IMG/VR virus record: IMGVR_UViG_3300042462_000689
Source of the DNA: a virus
Length of the DNA stretch: 64,000 nt
Reading direction: 5' to 3' (one strand)
Position 1 is the first letter of the stretch. Each line of letters begins with the position of its first letter. This document shows, piece by piece, positions 9,536-18,234 of the stretch. The notes beneath the pieces are model-generated. The model searched no databases, was not told where the DNA came from, and worked only from the letters and a program-made list of their open reading frames with translations. Position numbers and translations under genes: made by a program.

Positions 9536-9561
9536 TTCAGCAACCTCAATCCACAAACACC

Positions 9562-9882
9562 ATGAAACTACAGACACCAGTCACAGTCCAGCCGCCCACA
9601 ATCTATCGCCCCGCCCGCGACAACCAACCCGCGCAGGAGCGAGTTCAGAAGCCAATCGTGCTCACGGAACTCGACGTGACTACCGTGGACAACGAAAAAC
9701 GGAAACTCGCCACCGCCCGTATCCATCCGTTCCCCAAGCAGCTCACGCTTTGGGAAGGTGCAGCCTACGACGCAGCAGGCGACTACACGCAGACCAACGT
9801 GGAAGCCCGCGTGCTCGAACTGCTCGGCACAGACATCAAGGCTGGCCTCGAAGCACTGTTCCCCGCAACGGGGAAGCCGTAA
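9562..9882 (+). CDS. hypothetical protein (possible fibre assembly chaperone)
   Basis: 106-aa ORF directly after the spike gene; function inferred from position only. Confidence 0.65.
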   Translation: MKLQTPVTVQPPTIYRPARDNQPAQERVQKPIVLTELDVTTVDNEKRKLATARIHPFPKQLTLWEGAAYDAAGDYTQTNVEARVLELLGTDIKAGLEALFPATGKP

Positions 9883-9888
9883 TCGCCG

Positions 9889-10419
9889 ATGTTCACACCC
9901 GCCAAACTCCTGCCGTGGCCCTGGTGGCGTAGATGGCTCATGCGCCTGAAAATCGCATGGGGCTACGCCATCGGGCGCGGCTACTGGTGGTGGGATCTGG
10001 AGACCGGCGAACTCTACGGAAACACGGCGATCTGCCGGGTGTATGGGCTGCCGCCTGGAAAATACCCCACGACCTACGAGGGCTTTGAAGCGATGCTGTG
10101 GGCGGACGATGACCGTGTGACGGTGCGTAGATCAATGGACAAATCGAAGGAGTTGCGCGCCGTGTTCCACGACACGTTCTGCGCGAAGGATCAGACGACC
10201 GGCGCGATGATTTTGATCAAAGCAAAGGGATGGTGGCTCTACCGTGACGGAGAACCCGTCGCGATGCTCGGCTGGAACGAGCGAATGCCTTACTCCCGCA
10301 CAAAGGAAAACGTGATCCGATTCTCGCAGAGCATGGAACGCAAGTTCGTCGAGGGTGATCGAACGGAGTGCATCGTCATGCTGAAAGCCTGCTTACCTAG
10401 ACAATATGCCCGGAAATGA
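9889..10419 (+). CDS. stand-alone PAS-fold (PAS_3-like) protein
   Basis: GYWWWDLETGELYGN..ICRVYGLPP....TYEGF...L.ADDDR..V......F.....A...TG....I.A.G....RDGEPVAMLG.N follows the PAS_3 pattern. Confidence 0.7.
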   Translation: MFTPAKLLPWPWWRRWLMRLKIAWGYAIGRGYWWWDLETGELYGNTAICRVYGLPPGKYPTTYEGFEAMLWADDDRVTVRRSMDKSKELRAVFHDTFCAKDQTTGAMILIKAKGWWLYRDGEPVAMLGWNERMPYSRTKENVIRFSQSMERKFVEGDRTECIVMLKACLPRQYARK

Positions 10420-10729
10420 AGAAATCCTCCAGCTCCTGCGGGAGATGCGGACGAACGCCAACGGCAAAAAAGAAACCGTTGCGTATCTCAGCATCGCCGT
10501 CGGCATCCTCTCCGGGTTCCTGTCGTTCTGGGCCGGGCATGCGGTCACGGGAGAACGGGTCTCCCGACTGCAGCATGACTTTATCGAAGCGAAAAGGATG
10601 CAAACCGAACTGCACGCCCGGATTGAGAAAGTCGACCGTGAAAACGATAAGGCCATCTCGGCATTGCGCACGTTGACCCAGGCGCAGCAGGAGGATCTGA
10701 AGGAGCTGCAACGTGCGGTGAAGCGGTGA
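10406..10729 (+). CDS. single-TM coiled-coil protein (holin/antiholin-like)
   Basis: Hydrophobic AYLSIAVGILSGFLSFWAGHAV followed by a heptad region; lies in the lysis cluster. Confidence 0.6.
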   Translation: MPGNEEILQLLREMRTNANGKKETVAYLSIAVGILSGFLSFWAGHAVTGERVSRLQHDFIEAKRMQTELHARIEKVDRENDKAISALRTLTQAQQEDLKELQRAVKR

Positions 10730-10795
10730 AGCCCTGAGCGGCGGCAAGGCAATTCCAGGCTGGACAGTCCTCCGATAATACGGCAGCGTCACCCA

Positions 10796-11053
10796 ATGCA
10801 ACTGCGCCTTCTCTCCATGTTGACCGGCCTGGTGTTTGCCGGCTGCGCCACGGCGCCCGTGGTCTCCAACCGCGCCATCACCGCGACAGGCCAGCACATC
10901 GGCGAGGCCCGAGGCAGCGGCAAGGAGATCCTGAGAATCGGCGGCACTCTTGAGCGCAGCAATGCGAAACTCAAAGCCAGCTCCGACAAGCTGGGCGACG
11001 ACATCAATATCCTGCAGTCCATCCTGAACAGCCTGCGCCCCAAATCCAAATGA
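10796..11053 (+). CDS. lipoprotein, o-spanin-like
   Basis: Signal peptide with lipobox LVFAG|C; short helical C-terminus; lysis-cluster context. Confidence 0.6.
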   Translation: MQLRLLSMLTGLVFAGCATAPVVSNRAITATGQHIGEARGSGKEILRIGGTLERSNAKLKASSDKLGDDINILQSILNSLRPKSK

Positions 11054-11574
11054 ACTCCGTTCGCGCATTCCTCTGGCCCATCCTCGCATGGGGGCTCCTG
11101 CAGGCTGCCTACTGCCAGGACGAGCCGCCCAAGCCGCGGTTCATCATGGTACCCATCGAGCAGTTCGAGCAGCTCCAGCAGGTGACGGAGGCAATCAGCG
11201 CGGGCCGGGAGGCATTGAATGCGACGATCATCGACCAGGCCGGGACGATCCTGAGCCTGCAAGGGAAGTCAGGTCTCCTCGCTGCGCAATTGAAGGCGGC
11301 CGGCGACGCTGCCGTGATTGCCGCGGAGAATTTCAAGGTAATGCAGGATTTGAATGAGAAGCTGGAGAAGCAATTGCGCAATTGGAAGGTCTTCGGCAAC
11401 ACAGTCCTCACCGTCCTGTTTGGGTTGGCATTCCTCGGCGCCTTCCTCACCACCAAGAACATCACCAAGGACAAGCCATCGTGGATGCTGTGGGCGGTGC
11501 GCATTGCAATCTGCCTGGCCGCCGGCGTGGCGGCATCGAGCGGACTTTTTTATATCATCACCCGACTCATCTAA
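11050..11574 (+). CDS. membrane coiled-coil protein, spanin-like
   Basis: N-terminal signal-like segment, long coiled coil, two C-terminal hydrophobic segments; 4-bp overlap with the lipoprotein gene. Confidence 0.55.
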   Translation: MNSVRAFLWPILAWGLLQAAYCQDEPPKPRFIMVPIEQFEQLQQVTEAISAGREALNATIIDQAGTILSLQGKSGLLAAQLKAAGDAAVIAAENFKVMQDLNEKLEKQLRNWKVFGNTVLTVLFGLAFLGAFLTTKNITKDKPSWMLWAVRIAICLAAGVAASSGLFYIITRLI

Positions 11575-11576
11575 TT

Positions 11577-11792
11577 ATGAAAAAATTCATCCTCTCAATG
11601 CTGTCCGAGGACGGCGCCGTCTCAGCCATGCGCTTCTGCATGGTCCTGTGGTTCGCCGCACTGATCTTTGCCTGGTTGATCGTCTGCCTCGCGCAGCCGG
11701 GCCTGCCTGAGATTCCAAACAGCCTGCTCACCTTCTCCGGCCTGATGCTCGGCGGAAAGGTCGCACAAAAAGTCACCGAAAAAAAATCATGA
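11577..11792 (+). CDS. putative holin (71 aa, two TM segments)
   Basis: ATG at 11577 (MKKFILSMLSEDGAVSAMRF...), two hydrophobic helices, basic C-tail KVTEKKS, overlaps the endolysin start. Confidence 0.65.
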   Translation: MKKFILSMLSEDGAVSAMRFCMVLWFAALIFAWLIVCLAQPGLPEIPNSLLTFSGLMLGGKVAQKVTEKKS

Positions 11793-12721
11793 CCAAGATC
11801 GAACGCATCCAACAGACCCTGAAGGACGCGGGTTTTTACGCATTCGAAATCGACAACGACTTCGGACGGAAGTCACGCACGGCCCTCACCCAGGCGGACA
11901 GGGCGACGATCAAGCTCGTGCAGGCCGTCCTCGGATTCGAGGGTGACGATGTGGACGGACGCTGGGGCGTGAAGTCCGAGGGTCGCCTTCAGGCTGCAAT
12001 CGCAGGGAAGGAAGCCCCCAAGATCGACGTCCTGATTCCCGGTGGGCTGAATATGGGATCGGATCACTGGCTCGTTGGTGTGTGGCGGCAGCCGCTTTCC
12101 AGTGGAGGCCCTCTGAAGCCGCGCTACCTTGTCGAGCACTTCACCGGAGGTGCGGATGGGGACGGGGATCTGAACGGCGACTGCATCAAGGACGTTGACG
12201 GTGCCGTGGACGTTATGAAGGCGCGAGGCGTCTCGGCGCATTTCACGATCGATCGGGACGGAACAATCGTGCAGCACGTTCCCTGCAATCAGAAAGCATT
12301 TCACGCAGGCCGGAGCCAGTGGGTCGATCCCACAACCGGCATACTTTACAGTTCCGCCAATGGTAAAGGCGGCAATGATGAAGCCATCGGAATTGAGATT
12401 GCGAACTTGGGCGACTCGAAAGGCGCGTTCGGATGGGGACGCAAAAACGTCCCCGGCTTCGCCACCATGCTCGCACCGCACTGGTCGGGAAAACAAAACG
12501 GGGGAGATGAGTGGGAGATTTTCTACCCGGCACAGATCGCCTCGGTGCTGGCGCTCAGCAAGCTGCTGGTCGCCCGCTACGAACTGCATGACGTGACCGG
12601 CCACGACCGAATCACGCAGCGCAAGAACGACCCTGGTCCGGCATTTGAGGAGCATCTGCTCGCCATCCGTGAGGCGTGTGGATTTGTCGGCATGCCCGCC
12701 GTCCACCGCTCACCGTTGTAA
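11789..12721 (+). CDS. endolysin: PG-binding-like N-terminus plus N-acetylmuramoyl-L-alanine amidase (Amidase_2)
   Basis: Motifs VEHFTG, SAHFTIDRDGTIVQHVP, AFHAG.S, IGIEIAN, GHDRI...KNDPGP. Confidence 0.9.
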   Translation: MTKIERIQQTLKDAGFYAFEIDNDFGRKSRTALTQADRATIKLVQAVLGFEGDDVDGRWGVKSEGRLQAAIAGKEAPKIDVLIPGGLNMGSDHWLVGVWRQPLSSGGPLKPRYLVEHFTGGADGDGDLNGDCIKDVDGAVDVMKARGVSAHFTIDRDGTIVQHVPCNQKAFHAGRSQWVDPTTGILYSSANGKGGNDEAIGIEIANLGDSKGAFGWGRKNVPGFATMLAPHWSGKQNGGDEWEIFYPAQIASVLALSKLLVARYELHDVTGHDRITQRKNDPGPAFEEHLLAIREACGFVGMPAVHRSPL

Positions 12722-12727
12722 ATCCAA

Positions 12728-13078
12728 ATGCCCGAGGAGACGTCGCAATTCCGCTTCACCGTCACGGACAAGACCTTCAAGGTGGTCTCGACCATTGCGG
12801 CCGTCGTGGTCATCGGATACAAGGCGTGGAATTGGACCATCGACAATGCCGTGGCGAAGCGCGACTGGCAGAATGAGCACCGGCAGTTCAAGGAGATGCT
12901 GCTCGGCGCTGACAAGGAGCCCGGCATGGTCAACCTGATGAAGGAGAGTCGGACAGCGCTGGTGCGGCTCGACGCGGATTACGGGAAGCTCTGGCTGGAC
13001 ATGGAGGCGCTGAAGAAATGGCGGGATGCCATGACGTTGCCGGCTACGCATGCGCCCGCCACCCCGACTCCCAAATAG
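12728..13078 (+). CDS. single-TM coiled-coil protein
   Basis: VVSTIAAVVVIGYKAW hydrophobic segment then heptads; ends the lysis cluster. Confidence 0.65.
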   Translation: MPEETSQFRFTVTDKTFKVVSTIAAVVVIGYKAWNWTIDNAVAKRDWQNEHRQFKEMLLGADKEPGMVNLMKESRTALVRLDADYGKLWLDMEALKKWRDAMTLPATHAPATPTPK

Positions 13079-13089
13079 GCAGGCTGTGT

Positions 13090-13118
13090 TTGCCATTGGC
13101 GCGAATTGCAGATAATCT
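13090..13118 (+). promoter_or_regulatory. sigma70-like promoter, leaderless geometry
   Basis: TTGCCA(13090-13095)-N17-TAATCT(13113-13118)-N6-ATG(13125). Confidence 0.65.
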
Positions 13119-13124
13119 ACTCAC

Positions 13125-14330
13125 ATGTCTGTCACGACTGAACCATCCACAAGCAAGCTCAACGCGATAATTGCGGCCCTGACCGGCAGCGCACCCGACA
13201 CGCTGGATACTTTGCAGGAGCTGGCTGCCGCGATTAACAATGATCCGGATTTTTTCAACACACTGGTGACGCTGGAGGGCAGCAACACCTACACCGGCAC
13301 GACGAACACCTTCACGCTGCCCACGACGACCGGCACGACCACGACCAGCGGCATCGCGGTTGCGGCGAACAGCCTCACGACAGGAACGGGCGCGGACTTC
13401 TCAAGCACCAGCGCGAGCAGCACGGCGGGCGAAGTCGTGCGGATCGCCAAGACCGGAACGGGCACGCTCAATCAGGCACTCACGCTCACGGCGAGCGGAG
13501 GCACCGCCAATGTCGCACTGAACGCAACAGCAGGACATGTATTGGTGCCGGACGGCTCATACGCCTATAACACTTCAGTATCGCCCTCAATTGGCCGTAG
13601 CGCGGTTTCGGCAAATTCGACAAACCAAGCAGGATTTCTTCTTGGATCAAACTCGCTCACATTGCTGACTAATTCAGTTCGCGGGTTAAGTTTTAGCGGT
13701 TACGGGTCGTTTGGCAATGGCCTGCTGATTACTCCGGTGGGTGGCAACACTACATTCTCCGGAACGGTTGTTTCAACAACCGTCTTTCAAGCCGCAGAAG
13801 ACAAAACATCAACCCCCAACACGGGCACATTCAGAGGCGGCGGCGGGTCAGGGACAAACATCGCGGGTGGCGCGCTGCACATTCAGGGCGGCGCTTCGAC
13901 GGGCAGCGCGGCAGGCGGGTCAATTTTGATTCGCACGACGCCAGCAGGAGGCTCTGGTTCTTCCGCGAATGCCGCCGTGACCGCAATCACGATTGACTCG
14001 ACGCAGGCGGTGACGCTTGCCGCTACCCTAGCCGTGACCGGCGCGAGCACGCTGACGGGGCTTCTCACTGCTAACGGCGGCATCACGCTAGGAAATGCGC
14101 AGAACATCGCTTTCAGCACGACGACCGGAACGAAGATAGGCACGGCAACAACGCAGAAACTCAGCTTCTGGAATTCGACGCCAATCGTTCAACCGACAAC
14201 GTCAGTTGCCAGTGCGACCTTTGCTCACACGGGCGGGGGGGGGGCAAATATCAAAACGGACGACACGTTTGACGGCTACACGATTGCACAAGTAGTCAGA
14301 GCGCTGCGAAACGCCGGACTCTTAGCCTAA
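13125..14330 (+). CDS. tail fibre protein
   Basis: N-terminal APDTLDTLQELAAAINNDPDFF is the common fibre head motif; Thr/Gly-rich body. Confidence 0.8.
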   Translation: MSVTTEPSTSKLNAIIAALTGSAPDTLDTLQELAAAINNDPDFFNTLVTLEGSNTYTGTTNTFTLPTTTGTTTTSGIAVAANSLTTGTGADFSSTSASSTAGEVVRIAKTGTGTLNQALTLTASGGTANVALNATAGHVLVPDGSYAYNTSVSPSIGRSAVSANSTNQAGFLLGSNSLTLLTNSVRGLSFSGYGSFGNGLLITPVGGNTTFSGTVVSTTVFQAAEDKTSTPNTGTFRGGGGSGTNIAGGALHIQGGASTGSAAGGSILIRTTPAGGSGSSANAAVTAITIDSTQAVTLAATLAVTGASTLTGLLTANGGITLGNAQNIAFSTTTGTKIGTATTQKLSFWNSTPIVQPTTSVASATFAHTGGGGANIKTDDTFDGYTIAQVVRALRNAGLLA

Positions 14331-14348
14331 CCCACAACCCACAAACCC

Positions 14349-14636
14349 ATGAAATCACTGTTTGAAATCCAAACCGAATCAGGCCAGCTTTGGCTCGACA
14401 TCTCCGCTTATTTCGCCGCCAAGGACGCGACCATCGCCGCCATCACCGCCGAGCGCGACGCGCACGCGCAGACCATCGCGGACTTCCTCGCAGCCGATGA
14501 CGCGGGCAAGGCCAAGATGCTCTCGGATGCTGCCAAGTCTGCCGATGAGAAGGAGCGCGACGCGGCGCAGGCTGAGTTTGAAGCGGCACAGGCGGCAGCG
14601 GACGCGGCCAAAGCAAAGCTCGACGCGCTGAAATGA
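14349..14636 (+). CDS. Ala-rich helical protein (possible fibre chaperone)
   Basis: 95-aa ORF following the fibre gene. Confidence 0.65.
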   Translation: MKSLFEIQTESGQLWLDISAYFAAKDATIAAITAERDAHAQTIADFLAADDAGKAKMLSDAAKSADEKERDAAQAEFEAAQAAADAAKAKLDALK

Positions 14637-14809
14637 AGCACGAAATCCCAAGCTGGCTTGCCGAAGCACTAGCCCTAATCGGCGCGTTTATCCTGCTAAT
14701 CACGCAGGCCAAACGCATCACAAGTCCCGACCTCGACCACGTTCTCCGCGACTGGCAATTCAAAATGGACACACCAGCAACCACTAATTACCATTTGAGC
14801 ATTCTTTAA
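14633..14809 (+). CDS. small membrane protein (58 aa, not in ORF track)
   Basis: Manual translation MKHEIPSWLAEALALIGAFILLITQAKR...; ATGA overlap with upstream gene. Confidence 0.5.
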   Translation: MKHEIPSWLAEALALIGAFILLITQAKRITSPDLDHVLRDWQFKMDTPATTNYHLSIL

Positions 14810-14819
14810 TCACTGACCC

Positions 14820-15167
14820 ATGACACTCACCTTCGATCCCAAAAGCGACAATTCCCCAATCGTCATGCTGCTCACCGCAGCAGCGGCCGCCTCCCCGTAC
14901 AGCTCCGTGATTCGCCGGGATCAATTCGGCCTCAATACGTTCCAGGTGATCAATACCGCCGGAGCCACCGTGAAGCTGTATGTCAGCGTCCTGCAGGATT
15001 TGGATTCTGCCAGCGAGAACTGGCAACAGATCGGAGCCGACATCACCACCAGCGCCATCGTCGTCCTGGACCCGGGCCTTTACCCATACGTGCGCGTCGA
15101 GCGGGATAATGCCACCGGTGGCACGGTCACGGTGGCAATTCAGAGCGGGTGGGGTGTGAACCGGTAA
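14820..15167 (+). CDS. small beta-sandwich virion-type protein
   Basis: 115 aa; TVKLYVS...NWQQIG...PYVRV pattern; family assignment is tentative. Confidence 0.6.
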   Translation: MTLTFDPKSDNSPIVMLLTAAAAASPYSSVIRRDQFGLNTFQVINTAGATVKLYVSVLQDLDSASENWQQIGADITTSAIVVLDPGLYPYVRVERDNATGGTVTVAIQSGWGVNR

Positions 15168-15177
15168 GGAGGACCAA

Positions 15178-18100
15178 TTGAAGGGCATTCGACTCCTTCT
15201 CGAACACCAGCTCCCGCACGGCCTGCGGGACTACGGCCGCAATTACGACGCCAAGGGCTTCAACCAATTGCTGGCCCGTGCTGCGCGTGAGCATCCCGAG
15301 GAGTATTCCAGCATCATCGGGAAGATTGCGGACGTAGGGCGCAATGCCAGCTACGACCAGGGCGAATCCCTGACGCTGGAAGATCTCAAGCCTGTCATCG
15401 ACAAGGACTCCATCTTCAAAGGGATGGAGGCGCGAATTGCCCAAGCAAAGAAAGGCGCGAATACCGACGCCGAGTTCCGCACGAAGCGGATGAAGATCTG
15501 GCAGGACACCAATGAGCATGTCACCAGGGAGACGCAGCGGGAGGGCCTGCGCCGCGGCAACAACATTGCCTACTCGGTATTGAGCGGAGCCCGAGGCAAG
15601 GCGCCGCAATTGAACTCGATGATTTCGGCACCAGGGATATTCCAGGATGGGAATGGTACGCCAATTGAGATGTACGCGACGCACTCGCATGCGGAGGGAT
15701 TGCGTCCGGCGGAATTCCTGGCCAGCACCTACGGGGCGCGTAGTGCCGTTATTTCGACGAAAAAAGCCACGGCCGTCGGCGGTGACTTCTCCAAGCAACT
15801 GTCGTCCCTGCTTTCCACGCTCAATACCACCAGGAAAAGCACCGGCTCGGACAATGGCGTGGATCTGGACATTGAAGATCCCAGCCTCAAATACCGAGTG
15901 CTCGCCAAGCCCGCAGGAGGCTTCAGCGCCGGCACCATGATCACAACGCCGGTGCTGGCGGAGTTGCGCCGCAAGAAGGTGCCCTACGTCATTGCCCACA
16001 GCCCAATCACTGATGACTCTCCGGAGGGTATCGCATCGGAAAGCGTGGGCGGAATGGATGGTGGGCACCTGTATGGTATTGGACGTACGGCAGGCATCAC
16101 CGCCGCAAACTCAATTGGCGAGCCGATTACCCAATCTGCGCTGAACGTGAAACATTGCCTCAAGGAAGGCACCATGGTGCGAATGGCCGATTTGTCCGTG
16201 AAGCCGATTCAGGAGATCAAAGCCGGCGAATGGGTCCTGGGTTCTGATATCACAGGCGCCACTTTCCCAGTGAAAGTGAAATACGTATGGGATCAAGGCA
16301 TTCAGCCGGTTCAGCGCTATATCTACAAGCAAGGGCAGACAAAACGCCGGCTGACCTTGGAGTGCACGGACACGCACATCGTGCTGAGCAATAAGAAAAC
16401 GACGGGTGAGTATCTGCGCAAAAAATATGCAGGAAAATACGGCTTCGGATGTCCGGAAAATTATTTAGCCTGCAAACTTCCTGCGGGTTATCCCCATAAA
16501 AACATTGCGGCAGTGCTGCCTGTAGAATGTAAGATTGATGCGGCACTGGAAACGCACGAACCATTGGCTGTCCTGTGTGGAGCACTGCTCGGCGACGGTA
16601 TTCGCTGGGATTCTGAAAATCATGCGGATGCGTCCATTCGCTTTTCGTGTGCGGATCCAATGCTCATTGCGGATTTGCAAACCCCGCTGGCAACTGCCGG
16701 ACTCGCACTGAAGAAAAGAAAGCGCAGCCATGATTACGCAATAGTCCACACATCGACTCAAGGGTGGGGAGACCGCAGCGCAACGACTGGGCAGATGGTG
16801 AAGACCGCTACCCGGCACCCAATGAAGGTGAAGATGCTGGAGTGGGGAATTGCGAACAAGTATGCCCACGAGAAGCGGGTGCCCGTGCAGGCCTTGTATT
16901 GGGATAAAGCCTCTGTGTCTGCTTTGCTCGCAGGATTTATTGCCACGGACGGTAGCATTGGAAAAAACAAAGCCGGCCATGTTTTCATCAGCTTCGCCTC
17001 CACGAGTCGCGGGATGTTAGAGGATTTGCGACGTCTGTTGGAGCTTCGTCTTTGTGTGTACACTTCGGAAATCACCAACACGGCAAAAGCGGGAACTCGC
17101 AGCTACAAACATGATGCGTGGGCATTTGCAATTACACGACAAGATCAGATTCAGAAGCTGGTAGGCATGCTGCCTCCAATTCCGGGGTGCAAAGGCCCAA
17201 GGACAAAAGACCTACTGGAGAATGCAAATTACGAATTGCGGAATCCCGAGCTATTTTACCGCGCCAAGCGCGAATCAATTACTGAGATCGGCAACCACCA
17301 TTGCTGGGACATCACAGTGGATCATCCGGACGAGCTGTTCGTTTTGGAGAACGGATTGATTGTGAAAAACACCGCAGGAGTCGCCGGTAAAAAGAGGGAG
17401 TTCTCGGGAATGAACGCCATCAATGCATTCGTCCAAAGCCCCGAAGCCTTCCCCGACAAAGCCCCCGTGTCCGAATTGGAAGGCACCGTGCATTCCATCA
17501 AGGATGCCCCGCAGGGAGGCAAGTTCGCTTACGTGGGCGACCATGAGCACTACATTCCCGAGGGCCTGGGTCTGCTGGTAAAGCCAGGCGACAAGCTGGA
17601 GGCCGGTGACGCCTTGAGCGAGGGCATTGTCGATCCCAGGGACATTGTCCGGCTGCGGGGATTGGGCGAGGGCCGCCGCTATTACGCCACCCGTCTCAAG
17701 CAATTGCTCGATGACAGCGGCATCAAGACGGATTTGAAGCACACCGAGATGGTGGCGCGCGGAGCATTGGACCATGTGCGCATTACGGATGCGGAAGGCC
17801 TGGGCGACTACCTGCCCGATGACACCGTCTCCTACAACAAGCTGGCGGCCTCCTACGTGCCGCCGGCCGATTCGGAGCGTGTGCATCCAGGCCAGGGCGT
17901 CGGTCGGTATTTGCAGGCCCCGGCCCTCCATTACACCATCGGAACCAAATTGACCCCGAGGATGGCGGAGCATCTGGCTTCCCGCGGGTATGACAAAGTC
18001 GCGGTGGCAAATGATGCGCCGGGATTTGAGCCGGACATGGATCGTCTGCGGACGGCGGGAAGTGCGTCAACGGACTGGGCCTCGAAACTGACCAGCAGCT

Positions 18101-18234
18101 ACGTCGCAAAAAACATGGCGGAGTCGGCAATGCGAGGGGAGGACAGCGATTTTAGTTCGAATATTTCACCATACCCGAGACTCGCAATAGGAAAAAACTT
18201 TGCCAATGATGTAGAGAAGACTGGCAAATTTTGA
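15178..18234 (+). CDS. rpoC: DNA-directed RNA polymerase beta' subunit, C-terminal piece (split gene), intein-containing
   Basis: SGARG, S..EGL...E.....YGAR (bridge helix), AANSIGEPITQ..LNVKH/TAG (trigger loop), DLKHTEMVAR; no DFDGD motif; TTG start with AGGAGG at 15167-15172. Confidence 0.88.
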   Translation: MKGIRLLLEHQLPHGLRDYGRNYDAKGFNQLLARAAREHPEEYSSIIGKIADVGRNASYDQGESLTLEDLKPVIDKDSIFKGMEARIAQAKKGANTDAEFRTKRMKIWQDTNEHVTRETQREGLRRGNNIAYSVLSGARGKAPQLNSMISAPGIFQDGNGTPIEMYATHSHAEGLRPAEFLASTYGARSAVISTKKATAVGGDFSKQLSSLLSTLNTTRKSTGSDNGVDLDIEDPSLKYRVLAKPAGGFSAGTMITTPVLAELRRKKVPYVIAHSPITDDSPEGIASESVGGMDGGHLYGIGRTAGITAANSIGEPITQSALNVKHCLKEGTMVRMADLSVKPIQEIKAGEWVLGSDITGATFPVKVKYVWDQGIQPVQRYIYKQGQTKRRLTLECTDTHIVLSNKKTTGEYLRKKYAGKYGFGCPENYLACKLPAGYPHKNIAAVLPVECKIDAALETHEPLAVLCGALLGDGIRWDSENHADASIRFSCADPMLIADLQTPLATAGLALKKRKRSHDYAIVHTSTQGWGDRSATTGQMVKTATRHPMKVKMLEWGIANKYAHEKRVPVQALYWDKASVSALLAGFIATDGSIGKNKAGHVFISFASTSRGMLEDLRRLLELRLCVYTSEITNTAKAGTRSYKHDAWAFAITRQDQIQKLVGMLPPIPGCKGPRTKDLLENANYELRNPELFYRAKRESITEIGNHHCWDITVDHPDELFVLENGLIVKNTAGVAGKKREFSGMNAINAFVQSPEAFPDKAPVSELEGTVHSIKDAPQGGKFAYVGDHEHYIPEGLGLLVKPGDKLEAGDALSEGIVDPRDIVRLRGLGEGRRYYATRLKQLLDDSGIKTDLKHTEMVARGALDHVRITDAEGLGDYLPDDTVSYNKLAASYVPPADSERVHPGQGVGRYLQAPALHYTIGTKLTPRMAEHLASRGYDKVAVANDAPGFEPDMDRLRTAGSASTDWASKLTSSYVAKNMAESAMRGEDSDFSSNISPYPRLAIGKNFANDVEKTGKF
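16156..17370 (+). mobile_element. intein (405 aa) with LAGLIDADG homing endonuclease
   Basis: Starts C-L-K-E-G-T-x-V..., ends ...FVLENGLIVKN followed by Thr; internal GALLGDG and LAGFIATDGS motifs; removing it restores KH|TAG. Confidence 0.9.
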
